64,000 nt of DNA from Phoronis australis (GCA_002633005.1 NMRA01000076.1:624277-688276), one strand, 5' to 3'. Counted from the first letter of the stretch, positions 1 through 13,497 are shown. The notes: a model not told the origin generated them from the sequence alone. Numbers and translations: made by a program.

Positions 1-1939
1 TTCTGTTTTGTTCGCCTTGGTTACTGTTGTCCTAAATCTCACAAATTGCTAATATCAGGAAGGCATGGCAATATCTTGCTCAAACTATTTTACTTGATGC
101 ACCTTTCCAATTCACCAAATAGGTCATTGTGCCTTAAAGTTATGTAAGGCAGTACAAAAATGTCTAAATATGGCTAACTTCGGAACATCATATTCAAAAA
201 TTTATTGCTCTATCAGATACTATGCTTTACGCACTGTCCTCTTAGAGATTGTTAGAAATTGCTTTTAAAATGATTACTTTCATGAAAAAAAAAAACGCAT
301 AAGTTGAAAAAAAAAACGAAATGACAATTTAAGAGACAGTAACATTGTTTTTGGAATTTGATCAAGAATATTTGCAACAAATGAAATGTTAAAATGCTAT
401 TGATACGGTTTGAAACCAATGTTATCTTCTTTTTTGCTAATGTTTACAAAAAACATGGCAAGGTGACCCAATTAACGACAGATTGGTCAAAAGTCAATCA
501 AATCGAAAAAGTAGAAAACGAGACAAAAGTCCAATCAAAAGGCAGGAGCAACCAAAATTCGACGAACTCACAATTCATAGCTCTGAACGTACCCCGTGAA
601 TCTTAGTAAAAGGTCCACATTCTCATGAATTCGAGCCCCCATTTTTTGGGCTGGGTGCGCATAAGTTTTATTGTTATAAAACATATAGTTTTGTAGTAAT
701 TTGGCCCAAAATGCAAACTTGTCAATAAGGTCCGACGTAACCTAAGTACCCGCTGAAGTAATTGCATCCGGGCAATATCATAATTGAGTAATGTACCGTC
801 ATTACATCGCCAGACATCATCACTTCCTACACCCCTAAAGACAGCACTGAACATTTTGTAGTTTCTATGTGTCAGGTTTGGCGGCTGTTTTGAGGACTCA
901 CATCGAAAATAATTTCAAGAAAATTGACGTGCTTGTGCTTTTGAGCTCTTTCTCAATGAAAAAGGCCAGGCTTTTTAGCCGTGACCACAACTTTTGATGC
1001 AAAATGATGGCTGTAGTTTGCTTTCTCTGCTGTCCAAAAACTCAAAATTGCCAAATAAGCATCAAGCAAGGGACGAACTAAGACCACATTTTTAGAATCT
1101 GGGTAGAACGAGCATTCTGAATCTGTAGATTTTTTGTAGCACTTGTAGGGAAATGGTAATTTTTGGGGAGAAAACTGTCAAATTTGGGACATTTGATTCT
1201 ATTTTTAAGCCGGAATTTTTTCGATGTGAAATAACTGATTAAAAATCTGTAGCATAATTAAGTTTCAGCTATCACGAGTAGTTTTTTAGACATGGAAATA
1301 CTACATAACCTTTTTCAAACTGTTGATAAGGACTCTTGATAAGGAAGTTGGGAAAGGACTCATCCACTTACATGTAGGTGCGCTTTGGCAGCCAAAATCC
1401 TGTAATAACTGCAGTGTGCCACCTTGACTCATACAGGAAATGCAGAATTGCTACTCGCAAGGGTTGTATGGCGAGTCATCGCGAGACTTCTTATACCAAT
1501 CACGTGTCATCCCAAGAAGATTTGCAAATAAACCCTACTTATCTTTCACAACCCGTACAGTCAGAGGCATTTAGGTTGCGTAACTGTAGTTTGAGCGTTG
1601 GATAGAGTTTTTCCAATACGGCCTAATGCGCCCAGCCTCAGGTATTTTATGCTAAACTTGACTGATGAATGCATATTATTAGTAACTAAATTAATTTTAG
1701 TAATTGCGTATGATTGAATGTTAACATAAGGACCTTAAAGTAGCCAGAAAGCAAAAAATATACTGTTTTTAGATTTTTACATTGACGTTATCATTACTGA
1801 TTGATCTGTATTACAATGAAAATATCAATACCTTTGAAAATCCAATGTTGTTTTTGGTCGGGTTTTGAACCGTGAAATGCCACTGAAGGCCAGTGATTTG
1901 ATGTGTATTGCTTGACCGTACACCAGCTTGGTGATAAAG

Positions 1940-2200
1940 AGATTTATCTGCAGTGTACTGATTGGATCTTATCTGTCGGCAAACATTGCGTAATCCAACA
2001 ACCGCACATGAGATCAGGGCCCGGTTGCTTACAAGTCCGTATACCTGTCCAGCGGATAACAAGACCTTAATACGGCGGATCAGATTTTTACGTCGGATAG
2101 TTATCCGGCGTATAAATTTGGGTTGCACAAAACTTGGACAAGGTTCGGATAATTATCAGGCGGATGTCTATGTTAGCCTAAAGTATATGGCGGATAGGAA
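1940..2200. repeat. cluster of degenerate palindromic TTATCCG/CGGATAA motifs (old MITE-like repeat)
   Basis: Repeated ttatccggcg, gcggataa, tcggataa and tatggcggata motifs in both orientations. Confidence 0.45.
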
Positions 2201-2834
2201 AAAAGGATAATATATAAGGCAATACCCATAATTCTTGTAACCATGGTAAATATGGCTGATAAAGATGCGTGAATTTGTCAATACCTTTTACGTCACAGAT
2301 CAGCATAACGATAGGATCATTTTTTCTATTCACGAAGTCTGGTTCATTCACAGTCGGGCCGATGATCTTTATGGGTTCCATCCACAAAACCTATTACCCC
2401 CGGCCGGGGAATCGACTCATTTGGTAAAAGCCTGCCTTGATCTCATTCAGCATTTGGGAGGGGGGAGGGTGTTGGAAATCTTGCGAATCGGTCCAAAGGT
2501 CACACTATTGTCGATGTGACGGGTGCCACAATGCGACTCACTTTTCACTTGCGGAGGCTAGGGAACCGACCACGTTGCAAGGTATCTAGACACTAACACA
2601 TGAACAATTCCTCTTCGTGGCAGGCCTGATGTAGACGACAACTAAAACATAATATAGCCTGTCTTTCAACGCGAAACTTCTCTCTTAGCTCTTCCTCGCT
2701 ATATTTGTGACAAGGTTCTGCAATCTCTCTCTCCAACTGTCGTTATCTCTGTCTAAATCTGTACAGTGCGTTGGTTTTGATTCGTATATGCTAAGTTATC
2801 CGATGTCTGAGGGTCGGATAAGTTTATATGATGC

Positions 2835-3114
2835 GCATAACGTTTAATCCTCGTGAGCGACCGTATGGAGTAGTCAATGGGGCAACTCCGGACAGTCTGG
2901 GATCACTGAAGTATTCGGCCAATTACATTTTATTGCCTGTGAAGCCGATGGTTTGGTGTTAAGAGCTGCCTGAAGAAAGGTGACTTGCATTGTGTCGATT
3001 TATGACCCACAATACGTGACTGGGAAAAGCCTTTTCAAAATATTGTAGATAAGCCTGTGGAGAGTGAAACCCCTGAGGTCCTGGTCAAGTCCTCACGACA
3101 ATTCCACGTTATGG
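2835..3114 (+). mobile_element. 280-bp MITE-like element, copy 1
   Basis: Imperfect 23-bp TIRs GCATAACGTTTAATCCTCGTGAG / CTCACGACAATTCCACGTTATGG; colinear with and same length as 37887-38166. Confidence 0.75.
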
Positions 3115-3328
3115 GACAATACGAGTTATACGACGAATATGTGATTTTTATGTAACCCAACCTATCCGATGTATAAGAGGTTATACCGTCCGACGGACTT
3201 ATTGTTGTCATTCACGATATCAGAACATTTCTTCCTAAAAAGAATGTTGAATCATATACAAAATAATTCTGGTTAACTGAACACACTCCTTAGTTACTGT
3301 TAACTGAGAAAAGAATAAGTGTACTTAC

Positions 3329-3607
3329 CGAAAAATATGGTTTCCCATCACTATTCACTCCTCCGATTACAATATCCGATCCCGCCATTCCTCCGTTTGG
3401 AGAAAATCCGAAACCAATCCATCCCGTGGTAGCAACTTCTACTTCAAATGTGATCATGGACGAATCGTATTTCCAGTAAACATCGTAGACGTTTTCGCGT
3501 AGAACTGTTTTATGCGTGTACGATTCACCACTTAAAGACACGTGAGTGCTCCTCACGCTGGTTAAAACCAGAACAGAGAACAAGACGCAACAAATAAAAA
3601 CCGTCAT
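3329..3607 (-). CDS. MOXD1/DBH-like copper monooxygenase paralog A, exon 1 (signal peptide + N-terminal part of DOMON domain); the gene continues left of the window
   Basis: ATG at 3607. Translates MTVFICCVLFSVLVLTS...YWKYDSSMITFEVEVATTGWIGFGFSPNGGMAGSDIVIGGV..GKPYFS, then a phase-0 GTAAGT donor at the same position as in paralog B. 54/68 aa identical to paralog B exon 1 from SGE onward. No exon 2 recognised in 1-3328. Confidence 0.9.
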
Positions 3608-3917
3608 GACTACTGCCTTAAATTACTCTAATGTTCTTGTTTTATTGATCCTGTCGTCGTTCAAAATTTTGCTATTCAAACACATTGCGAAATTGTATCA
3701 CGTGTTCGCACCAAGTACCTTTAGTGTATACCACGGCAACAGCCCATTGTAAGGCTGTTTGCACAAATGGTGCAGCGCTCGGATAATTTGTCAGTCAGCG
3801 GGTTACGAAATCTAGGACCTGGTGAACGGTACAATTTGGCGAGAGGTCAGGTATCTTCAATGAAAGAGACCGAGTCTGAGTTTAATTTCAATGAACAATG
3901 TGGTATATTTCCATAAC

Positions 3918-4082
3918 AAGGTGCCTAAACCGTGACTGTGTATTTTGGGTGAATGGATCGTGCTTTGTGAGTCCGATCCCGTGTATGTGAGTCAGTGAAC
4001 GGTGTTTGCCGGAACGCAAGTCGTGTATTTGCGTCCGTGACCCGTGTTTAGGATTCCGTTAACCGTGTAGTTTAGGTACTTT
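3918..4082. mobile_element. small MITE with internal degenerate ~21-bp repeats, upstream of paralog A
   Basis: TIRs AAGGTGCCTAAAC / GTTTAGGTACTTT enclosing repeated ccgtg..., gtgagtc and cgtgta units. Confidence 0.55.
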
Positions 4083-5017
4083 GCATTGTAACAGGTTTTA
4101 AAATAATAAATACTCACTATTAGGAAGCACAACGAATAGAAACATTGACCGAAAAGGTCCTTTTTGATTGAAATGTTGATTTCTAATAATTCTCATGACA
4201 ATTTGTTTGATAGCAAAATGCACGATAATTATAGCACATATAGCAATATTTGTCTGCAAATTTTGCTGAACCTTCTGAGTGGAAATAAAGCCGAAAGCGG
4301 TCGGATAGGCTCAAATCACACAGATAAAGGTGACATTTGGCTAAAAATATGGACACTGGGATCCCTTGAATAAAACTGGACTGAATTGTAGCATTTACCT
4401 CGATGCATATGTTAAGTATTTTCACGGCAAGTGATGGTGACGACGGAGTGTTCTACTAGAATTCTATGCCAGCCTTACTCTTATTGAGATCCATAAGACG
4501 TAAACCGACAAGGTACAGTATTGTACAACTGGTTATCTTATGTCATAAAAAGGCGCGTTTGCCAAAATATTAATTAATTATTACTGGGGGGGGGGGGGGG
4601 NNNNNNNNNNNNNNNNNNNNNNNNNNNNNNNNNNNGTTGTCCCCCTCCTCTGCGCGATGACTAATACAGTACACCTATGACTGGACACAGCGGGTCTGCA
4701 ACCAGGGGCAGACATGTGTGCTTTTTGCCTACGAGCCCGGAAACCCACCGAAAACAACATTTCGCCCGTGTTAAATTAACTTTTTTTACAAGGCACCTAG
4801 AACTCCTTGACCCTGCGCGGCGCGAGCCTACATGCGCACAAAATTCTTTTCTCGTCTCGCGTATACTATTTCACTCTCGCAGACTCAGAATCACCTCTCA
4901 GGGGCCACTTTTTGCGTCTCGCGGACATATTTTTTCTCGGGAACGGGCAGTCCTGCTCCCGTGCGTTATTCCCTATCAGCGAAAGCTTTTCCATGTGTAC
5001 CCTCTCACCAACCCGAG

Positions 5018-7908
5018 CAACCTTGATCGAGAACAACCGGAAAGCGACTGAGAACGAAATTTGGCGCGAGAAGCGAAGCCAGGCAAGGTGAGTAAATTTG
5101 ATGAATTTCTGTTGTTTTTACTTTCAATGTGAAAACAGGCATCGCTCAAGCCGAAGGTAATTTGTATGTCACTTTGGCAAATTGCCGTTATTTTTGGTAC
5201 TAAATCAATAAATTGACCATGGAGTTATGAAATATAACGCAACGCTTGTTTTTTTGTAGTTTTGTTAGGATCTCTGATTTTTCGACGCTTTTCTGTTGAA
5301 AGATGCGATCGAGAACGCAACGATAAGCAATCGAGAACGCTTTGTTTATGCGATCGGGAACGCATTGTGGTGCGTCGAACAGTAATGAACTTTTTGCTTA
5401 TCAAACGTGAAAAAGATTACAAAATAAGTGTGGTACAATGATTTACTCACATTTTGTGTCGTTATTGTGTTACTTTCGTATCAAAACTGAATAACAACAT
5501 AGCATATTTCCATTAAATTGCCATGAGCACTACATGTACATCAAGCATAATTTTAGTTTCACAAACGAATTTATTCTCATTTCAGGAAACAAGTTCACTG
5601 TTAATGTGAGGTGAGCTTCAACGAACATGTTACCCACGACGTGAAGGTACACCCGACCAGGGTTTTGAAAAGTACAGGCCAGACCAAAACTCTGAGAGCA
5701 AGGGTTTCACTCACCCAGGAGATGTTCCATGTGGCCTGTCAGCCAGGGGTAAACAAATTGATGCAGCACCGAGATGAAAGCGAATGTAGAATCTTCTTGA
5801 AAAATTGTGTCAGCAAAAGGAAAAAAAATAGCCAGTGAAGTCAAAGAATGATGATGAGCTTGCCTATGGGGAGAGAGGGGAGTGCGGCAACACTTCAGGA
5901 GATGATTCAAAGATTCTCACTCATAAATGTCTGATCAAAAAATTGGCCAGAAGTTGTGTAAACTGGTGTGCTGATAAAACGGGTTGGATTTTACTTGATG
6001 TTTTACTGAAAACATCGATATAGAAATGAACAGATTGACTTGTGGCACCGTGTGGTTTGAATGTACGTTGTGTTTGACTGTTTTGTTTTGTAGTATTGGT
6101 CCTAAGTTCACCTGCATCACCAGTTCATGATCTCGAGTTTAATGTGACATTGAAAAAGATTGAGAGTTATAATACACTGATTTTCTCAAAACGTAGTCAA
6201 CGGGTTGCCATTAACGTCACTTCAACCACGCACTGTAGTGATTAACACAGAAATCAACAATATTATAGCATTTCTATTAAAATATTAATCTTTTATCACA
6301 CGTACCTCAAAATTGGTCTTACAAAAATATATAAATTTATTCATAGGGAAATCAACAAAACAAATCCATTGAACCTTTCCAACGAATTACTTTTGGAATG
6401 TATTAGCCTAAATCATCACTGAATCCTAGACAATATATTTAGAACTGATTGATAGTATAACAGTCTCTCACAGAAAATCAACAACAATATGAAAGCAATT
6501 TCTACAATAATCATAGACATATATTTTCATTTAAAATACTCATTGGTCAGAACAATTGTATGTAAGTATTGCCCAATGACACTTAGTATGGCAATTTAAA
6601 TTTTCCTAAACACTACAAAAATGTACTGGTTCAGATCCTTTTGAAGTAACACAAATATAGAAAGAACCTTGAGGAAAAAAGGTTCAAAACAAAACGTCAA
6701 AATTCTATCAGATTAGACAACTACCAACCATAGACTTTGTAAATCTGAATGAACTATAGTGACTTAACAACCTTCAGCACTGGACTTAATTATTTCATTC
6801 ATGACGTTTCTGCTTGCTATGCCTGTAGAAGGAGGCATACTGTTTGCACGGCATGCCACATTCACCAGAAAAAGGAATGTCTTCGTGCTGTAACGCAGTG
6901 TCTCATCAGGCTCACTCTTTCCGTAAACGTTGATCACAGATAGGACACCGAATCGACTTGGTTCCTGAGCACAATGCTTCATGCTGTGTTTTACTATATT
7001 GGTAAAAAAGCTCTTGACGCATGCAACGCTTCAATCACAGTGCTGGTAAAGGTCTTGCTTTGTTGTAGTGTCACTGTATTTTATTGCCATGTGGTCATAC
7101 TAAGTCGATTTCTTAATTCCTGAACGAGGCTCCACAACACACACACACTCCGTTGTGACATGCAGCAGTTGTACTACTCTTTTTTGAAGGCGTGGACGTT
7201 AACACCCTGAAGGACTCGTCGTGTGGCTACAGTTCAACTGAAAAAATCAAACACATTAAGTCATGTTTGTTAGACTAAATCTCACTTAGAAATAACGAAA
7301 AAAACGATGAAATATAATAAATAATTAACCCATCAACTAATTCCAGTCCGTATTATTCTAAAATTATTGACATAATACCGTAACTTGAACGACTATTCAG
7401 GCCAATGCAGAGAAAAAATGTACGTTCACGATCGCTTTTTTGCGTTCACGATCGCCATAGAGAATTAACGACATCGTTCCCGATTGCCGTATTTCACAAG
7501 GACCTACTTGTATTAGTAAATATCTCAAATTGTTTCACAAATCATAACTAACAAAGGTGTCACCAGGGACGATTAAACTATAAACATCACACGTCTCTTC
7601 TTAAAAACCCTGGAATTGCTAATAACAAGTAGAAATTGTCGATTTTACGAGGCGCAAGGCATTTTACCGAAAGCCATAGCTTTCTGAGCTCTTTATTTTA
7701 AAAAAATAAGCAAAAGCCAAGTATTATTTCAGATCCACAACAAAGGTTAAACTCTGACACTTTTCTGTGTTTAACATTCGTACCAAAGTGGCCTCTATTT
7801 AAGCAGAAAATGACACTTAAACTCACCGGGTACGTGACTGTCGTCTGCCGTTTTTGGTGCAAGGTCTCGTTATCGATCGCCTTCCGGGCGTTCTCGATCG
7901 CGGGTTGG
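5018..7908. mobile_element. degenerate long-TIR (foldback/Mutator-like) DNA element
   Basis: 5018-5080 aligns with the reverse complement of 7845-7908. Motif GCGATCGAGAACGC occurs at 5305, 5327 and 5350, and inverted at 7423, 7442, 7475, 7868 and 7888. Confidence 0.55.
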
Positions 7909-8479
7909 CCCACGATATTTCATTAATTACATGCTAATCCTTTATTCAGCAGTGAAGACGTGAGACCTTATATCTGACCTACCCTCTACGTCATTTTTCG
8001 TGACATAAGACCCATAGACACGATTAGGTCGCATGGCAATGGACAACATGTGCAGAGAAGAAAGGTGCTATATAGCCGCTTGATATTTTATTAATATGCT
8101 GATTCTTGTTGCTTGTTACTCAAAACTAGTTGAAAACGGCTGAAGTGTAATGCGACGAATGAGAAGTCGCAATGTATTTTACGTTGGCCAGTGACCGGTT
8201 GCATGATACAGACACACCAAGGATTCCACTATAGTTTCTGAATTTCAGCACGTTTGTGGATTTTGGTTTACTCACTGATGTTATATTTTTTCTATCGCTT
8301 TATGTCTTACTAAATTATACCAGTAAAACGAGTCCCTATTTCACTTAAATTAGGGGCGTTGAAGAAATGGTCCCTATTTATCTTCAAATAATATTAAGAA
8401 CTTACCGTATAATTTACTCTCGATATTTATCAAAGCTAAAAGTTAACTTAGCAATACTGACGATGTGGCTGAAGAAATA

Positions 8480-9690
8480 CGCTGACGGGGAACATAGTCG
8501 TGTCCCTTTACATGTAGGTCTGTTTCACAGAACTGACCGCAGACGCCCCAGAGCTTTATAGTCAAACCTGTTTTTCCTACTTGCTGAAACAAGTGCTTCA
8601 ATGTGAATTGTTCTAAAACTCCCTTGACCTCCACACCCCTTGACCCATAGCCCCCTCGACCCATGACCCACGACCCACCAGTTACAATAAGCAGGTTTCG
8701 AGTTATCTACTCGTCTTCGGCTTCACTGGGTCTGGCTGTGGACACTTCATATTTTTGCAATTAAAAGAGTCGAGTCGGCAAATTTGAAAGCCAAAAACAA
8801 AAAATAGCAGAAAAAATAAAAAAAACAAAAACAAAAAAATCGACCAAATCAAAACAAGGACCTACCAACGTTACAAATGTCGTTCCCGGCAGAGTGTAAT
8901 CGTCTCTTCTGCTCTTCAGTGAATGGAAGATATTTTTGGGAGATTTCGAGAAACTTACGAATATGAAATTTCTTCAGTGAATACACTTCAGCTTGAAAAA
9001 CAAACTGTTAACAAATATCGCATCTCAAAGTTACATAGAGTATATTATAAACGAGTATACGACTGAAAACAAATAACAAAAATGTGAAATTATTTGAATA
9101 CACGTTAACGTACTCTCTTTCTAAGTTTAGTAGAACAGGGTCACTGGTAGGCGATCGTGGAGCTATTTCCGTGAGAATGATACCACACACAAAATCCGCC
9201 ATTACAGATCATGTTTTTACGCCACGTTCTATTTTTAATCACCAGTCTTGAGCCAGAGCAGATTCGCGTAGTTAAGTTTTATGGAAAAGTCACTCACGGA
9301 CGTAATAAGATTATGAAATGTGTAAAAAGCGGAAAGATTCCTCTATTGCCATAGGTCATAGGTCGAGGGGTTGCGGGTCGTGTGCGGGTCGAAGGGGTTG
9401 AGGGGGTTTAGAACAATCCCTTCAATGTACGAAAATCGATGTTCTTCCCACGTGCTGGTGTGGTAGTAAATATGCTGCTAGATAATTTCTGAACAAGTCA
9501 ACATTCTCCGCATCGTCCTGTTGAATGTAACCGCCGAGTTCACCAGGTCTAAAAGTATCCTGCGGAACTGATAGCAGCCCTCGGGTGTCACAAATGCAGT
9601 TTTCTCGTTACACGCCTCTACCGTGGGAATCTGGCAGTAGCCCTTCGCGAATTCAAACTTCGAGAAGAAACGTCGACCACACAGAGTCTC
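8480..9690 (-). pseudogene. Ty3/Gypsy reverse-transcriptase relic, interrupted by a MITE
   Basis: Minus strand 9690-9500 reads LCGRRFFSKFEFAKGYCQIPTVEACNEKTAFVTPEGCYQFRRILLDLVNSAVTFNRTMRRML. It continues HTSTWEEH..., and beyond the MITE TLKHLFQQVGKTGLTIK. These are Gypsy RT motifs. Confidence 0.8.
8605..9419. mobile_element. non-autonomous Mutator-like (MULE) MITE, 815 bp
   Basis: TIRs GAATTGTTCTAAA / TTTAGAACAATCC with subterminal gaccc/gggtc repeats; exact 9-bp TSD CTTCAATGT at 8596-8604 and 9420-9428. Confidence 0.85.
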
Positions 9691-12064
9691 AACGTCGCAA
9701 TCATACTTAATTAATGCACCAGCACCAGGAAAGTCAACTTATCAATAATGTCTCTTCACGCTTGTTTTTGATTCTGAGTGTTTAAAATGAATACTAAACG
9801 GTACTTGCTTCAGCCTATAACTACGAAAATTGACTGCCTCTACGTCACTGAAATCTTTATGAGCAAAATAAAATTACCGTTAAGTAATTCCTACATAGTC
9901 TACTGAATCAGAAGAGCGTGACTAACACCGTGGACGGGTTCATCAACAGTTCTGGGAGGGATCGTTGTTGACCTGGAGGACGCAATAAAATGCCTGTCTG
10001 AGCGGTAACCGTGGGTTTGGTGAAAGGAAAACTTGTAAGACAAGGTGTGAAAAAATTGGCCGTTGGAGACCGCAACGCCGTTCACATTCATTTATAGACT
10101 TTGAACAGATGAAAGTTTTGTCTCATAACAGCGCCAAAAACACGTTGGATATGTAAATAAAGCAGGCGATAGATTGATGACCCCCTACCGGATATTAATG
10201 ACATCCTGTTTTAAAGTTCTCGCAGGCGGGAATTTATATCACGTGATAGCATGTCCACTCATGCAATGATCATTCGGAGGAAGATAGCAGACCGGGACGG
10301 TAAAGAACGTTTATTTAATTTTTTGAAAATACTGACTCGATTTTGGCACACAAGATTTGCCTGGCTAATCTATTCACCAATCAGTTAGAATTATCCAGCT
10401 AGATATATGGACATTGGTTTCAAGTGGCCTCTGTGTTTTTCTGGTAAACGGTCTCCAAACGGAATGTTTGCATGTTACTTTTATGTCACATTAAGGGAAG
10501 AAGGTGATTTAGATGATTTTTGAAATGTCTTTGATATAAGTAGAATAATTTTTTATAATTTTATTGATTTTGACATCACGTTATTGCATTTTCTTTGTAC
10601 TGGTTGCACATTAAACAATTAGGCAATAGCCCCAGCTCTGCTATCTTTCACGTCCATGGTTACTTCAGAAGGCAATGGTAACTTTGGATTATATCAATTT
10701 CCAGATGTTCAGTATTCAATTTCAACAAAGTTTCTAAGAATACGCTTACACTTTTAGTATTAATCTCAGTCTAAAAGTTGGAAAAAACAAGCTTAAAATA
10801 TTTTGTTAGCCACTAGGTGTCAGAACAGCCAATTAACGACAGACAAAATAGAAAATATCGTGTGCTTGCCATTCCCAACATGTTTGTTTCCTGAATCCTT
10901 CTGTGCTTCTCAAACCAAACATCAGTTTGTGCCAACTGTGACACTGTTGAAAAAGTAAAAAAATGGCATTGGAACATCGATTATTGACACAGCAATAGAC
11001 TTCCGAGATGTCTGCCCCTTGTTACATTCACGTTTAAGATTCTGCTCACAATTATGAGCTTCTGGAATTTACAGTCATTACCTGTCCTGTCTAACTGACG
11101 GCAAGGCTACACACTCTGCAAACAAGTGGATCGAATTTAAGTGCAAGAAACGTATCAGTGCTGAAAAGCTTTATTTTTTGTGTCAAAACATATTAGCTAC
11201 TCTATTACACACAGTGTTACAGAAAGTTTACAGATGTTTCAAAAATCAAAAGAGTTCTTAAACCAGGAAAAGGATCAAAATGATGAACTTATGGAAAAGT
11301 ATCATGACGAAATTATTAGCAAGGGGTTTTAGACAACAACTACACAAACAAAGGAAACTTGAAAACCTTTCCAACTTCAAAACATTGCTGAATTATCTCT
11401 AGTTTGGGGGCATAGAAAAATATTATTTGGCTTGTCCAAATTTTAGAGCTTTGCAATATTGGCCGTCCCAAACACAATGTACTGGCTGTAGTTTTTACCA
11501 ACGTATAAGTGACAAGCACTGCTTTTATATTCAGACCATTTTCAAGGAATGGACAGTGTCTGGAATTTGAAAAATAAAGAAAAGGCAAAAATCATAATGA
11601 GGAAAATTCAATTTTACCTCAGATTTCGGGAAGATGTCCCGAAGTGGACAATTTGTAGCGTAGTCTTGAAAAATATTTATTCTTCTCATTACATAAGCTC
11701 CATACCAGGACCCGTCGGAATAAACCTTTGTGCTTCAGTAAACGCTTTTCAATTTTACACAAGAACTGTTGCCAACTTTGGACATTTTTCAATTTTTCAA
11801 AGGCTGAACAACAGTGTTGTAGATGCTCAAATTTTTACCATATGTTTTCATTGACAGCTGTACAGTACAATCACTGTTGGTAGTCCACTTTTTCTGAGAA
11901 CTCTGACAAACGGCAGAAAAAAATCATTGGACTTTATTGTCCAAGTTTTAGTTTTTGTGGGGACATTTTGATACTAAGTAACAAATTAATAACCTATTGG
12001 TAAAATTGTCAGAAAATTTGGGAAGGTGGGGTAAAAAAATTAAAAAAGTTCTTCGTAATGTTTT

Positions 12065-12143
12065 TTCGGAGTAGTGGGACTTCGGAGTAATGTTATTTTC
12101 GGGGTGGTGGGCTTTTGAAGTAGTGGGACATCGGAGTGGTGAC
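12065..12143 (+). repeat. ~16-bp tandem repeat (about 5 units, TTCGGAGTAGTGGGAC), probably a transposon terminus
   Basis: ttcggagtagtgggac ttcggagtaatgttat tttcggggtggtgggc ttttgaagtagtgggac atcggagtggtgacc. Confidence 0.65.
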
Positions 12144-12453
12144 CTGTTACCATTTATTATTGCACGTTCGTTATGCTGCTCTCAGTTATCAGTTATCATC
12201 AAAAGCACTGACACAGATGTGATTATCTTAGGTTTGACCTGTGCAGCAAGCATTCTGCATCACTCAAGATGTTCACAGGTACAACTCAGACCTTCAGAGT
12301 AATTGGTTGAAGTTCAAAATCATTCTTACTCGTGGATGAGGCTCAAGCATTTCTGGTTTACAGCCCACAAGGTGTGATTCAGTTCAGGCAAGGTCAAAGG
12401 TCATTGTTTTCAAAGCTTGGGCTCATTATTTGAGTTTACATGGACGACATTAA

Positions 12454-12857
12454 AGCCTAACTTCAACGGAATTTTGTTATTTTAGATGTATTGAGCTAAC
12501 TAGATAGTCCTAGCAAAGTTTTAGTAAAATAAGAAAACGGGAGTTCAATCACGCAATTGTAAGCCCGTCAAATTATCAGTGAAACTGCCTTATCGTGCCT
12601 TGTTGCATCACCGCTAGATCCCAGCACAAACAACAAAACATTGTATTGAATAGGGGGTCTGAATAGAACACCATTGCGTGTGAGTATTATTCGCAGCTGT
12701 TTCAATTAAAGGTGATTCTCGCTGTGACGTAGATAAAAGCTCGCCAATACGCCTAACAATTCGTTACATTTGGAAATTTATGGCACTAGTGGGCCCTGAG
12801 GTATGCTCTTAACATACTCTAGGAACCAAATTTACGGGTGTTACCGTTAAATAGGCT
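12454..12857. mobile_element. TTAA-targeting (Kolobok-type) MITE inserted in the Academ-like relic
   Basis: TTAA-AGCCTAACTTCAACGG ... CCGTTAAATAGGCT-TTAA; TTAA on both sides, AG...CT termini. Confidence 0.65.
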
Positions 12858-13021
12858 TTAAACCCTTTGTATGCAAGCTCTACTCAGTGCCTCATCATCT
12901 ACACTATCACGTATTCAGGTTGAAATCAGTGATGCAATCGACTTTACATCTATATCGTGATTGTTTGGTGATACATGCCAAAAGAGCAAACTATCAGTGT
13001 GCCTTTCACAAACTACCCTTG

Positions 13022-13047
13022 CATCATCATCATCATCATCATCATCG

Positions 13048-13129
<82 letters not shown>
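13022..13129 (+). repeat. compound microsatellite (CAT)21(CAG)15
   Basis: Read directly; one CAT unit is CGT. Confidence 0.98.
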
Positions 13130-13133
<4 letters not shown>

Positions 13134-13497
13134 AGCAACAGATCAGTACACCGTCTCCAGATGGCACAACATGACTCGTCTGTTGGATCACGACACTGGA
13201 TGACTCTGCCCACTAGTCCTGTAACATGTATGAAAAATGTTAACGGCAAAGTAAGTAAATGTAAAAAAGTGGCTGTAGTACAAGAATGTGTTCTTGTTTG
13301 AAGTCGGGCATGCCAGGTGTGTGTCTCGTGGTGTCCACTGTCATTGTGTAAACATGATGTCTTACAAACAATATTTGCTGACTGTGATAACGATGGTGAA
13401 GTGGGTGAAGAAACTTAATAAGTATGTGCTTTGTTGTTGAAGAACTTTAAAACTGTAACCGTATGGAGAATATTGACAACATTCTATCGTGCTCATT

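Larger units (their letters stand above)
12150..13400 (+). pseudogene. Academ-like transposase relic (XPG/PIN-like region + C-terminal Cys-rich finger)
   Basis: Fragments in order: VIIKSTDTDVIILG, ..CDSV.., RDCLVIHAKRANYQCAF, TPSPDG, HWMTLPTSP, CKK-GCSTRMCSCLKSGMP..C..C. The family assignment is from remembered motifs, not a search. Confidence 0.6.

Noticed and set aside
134-1314. Possible TTAA-type DNA element (aagttatgtaag ... ctacataacctt)
   Set aside because: The terminal similarity is too short and there is no TTAA at the right end.
1-3328. Exon 2 of MOXD1-like paralog A
   Set aside because: No minus-strand segment matching the DRHA..QDY..DTCD pattern was found; it probably lies outside the window.
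12065-12143. Short regularly spaced repeats as a possible CRISPR array
   Set aside because: Head-to-tail units with no spacers, eukaryotic context and no cas genes.
12887-13301. Poly-His/Gln, poly-Ser/Ala, poly-Ile/Ser and poly-Leu/Met ORFs
   Set aside because: All are translations of one (CAT)n(CAG)n microsatellite inside a dead transposase.
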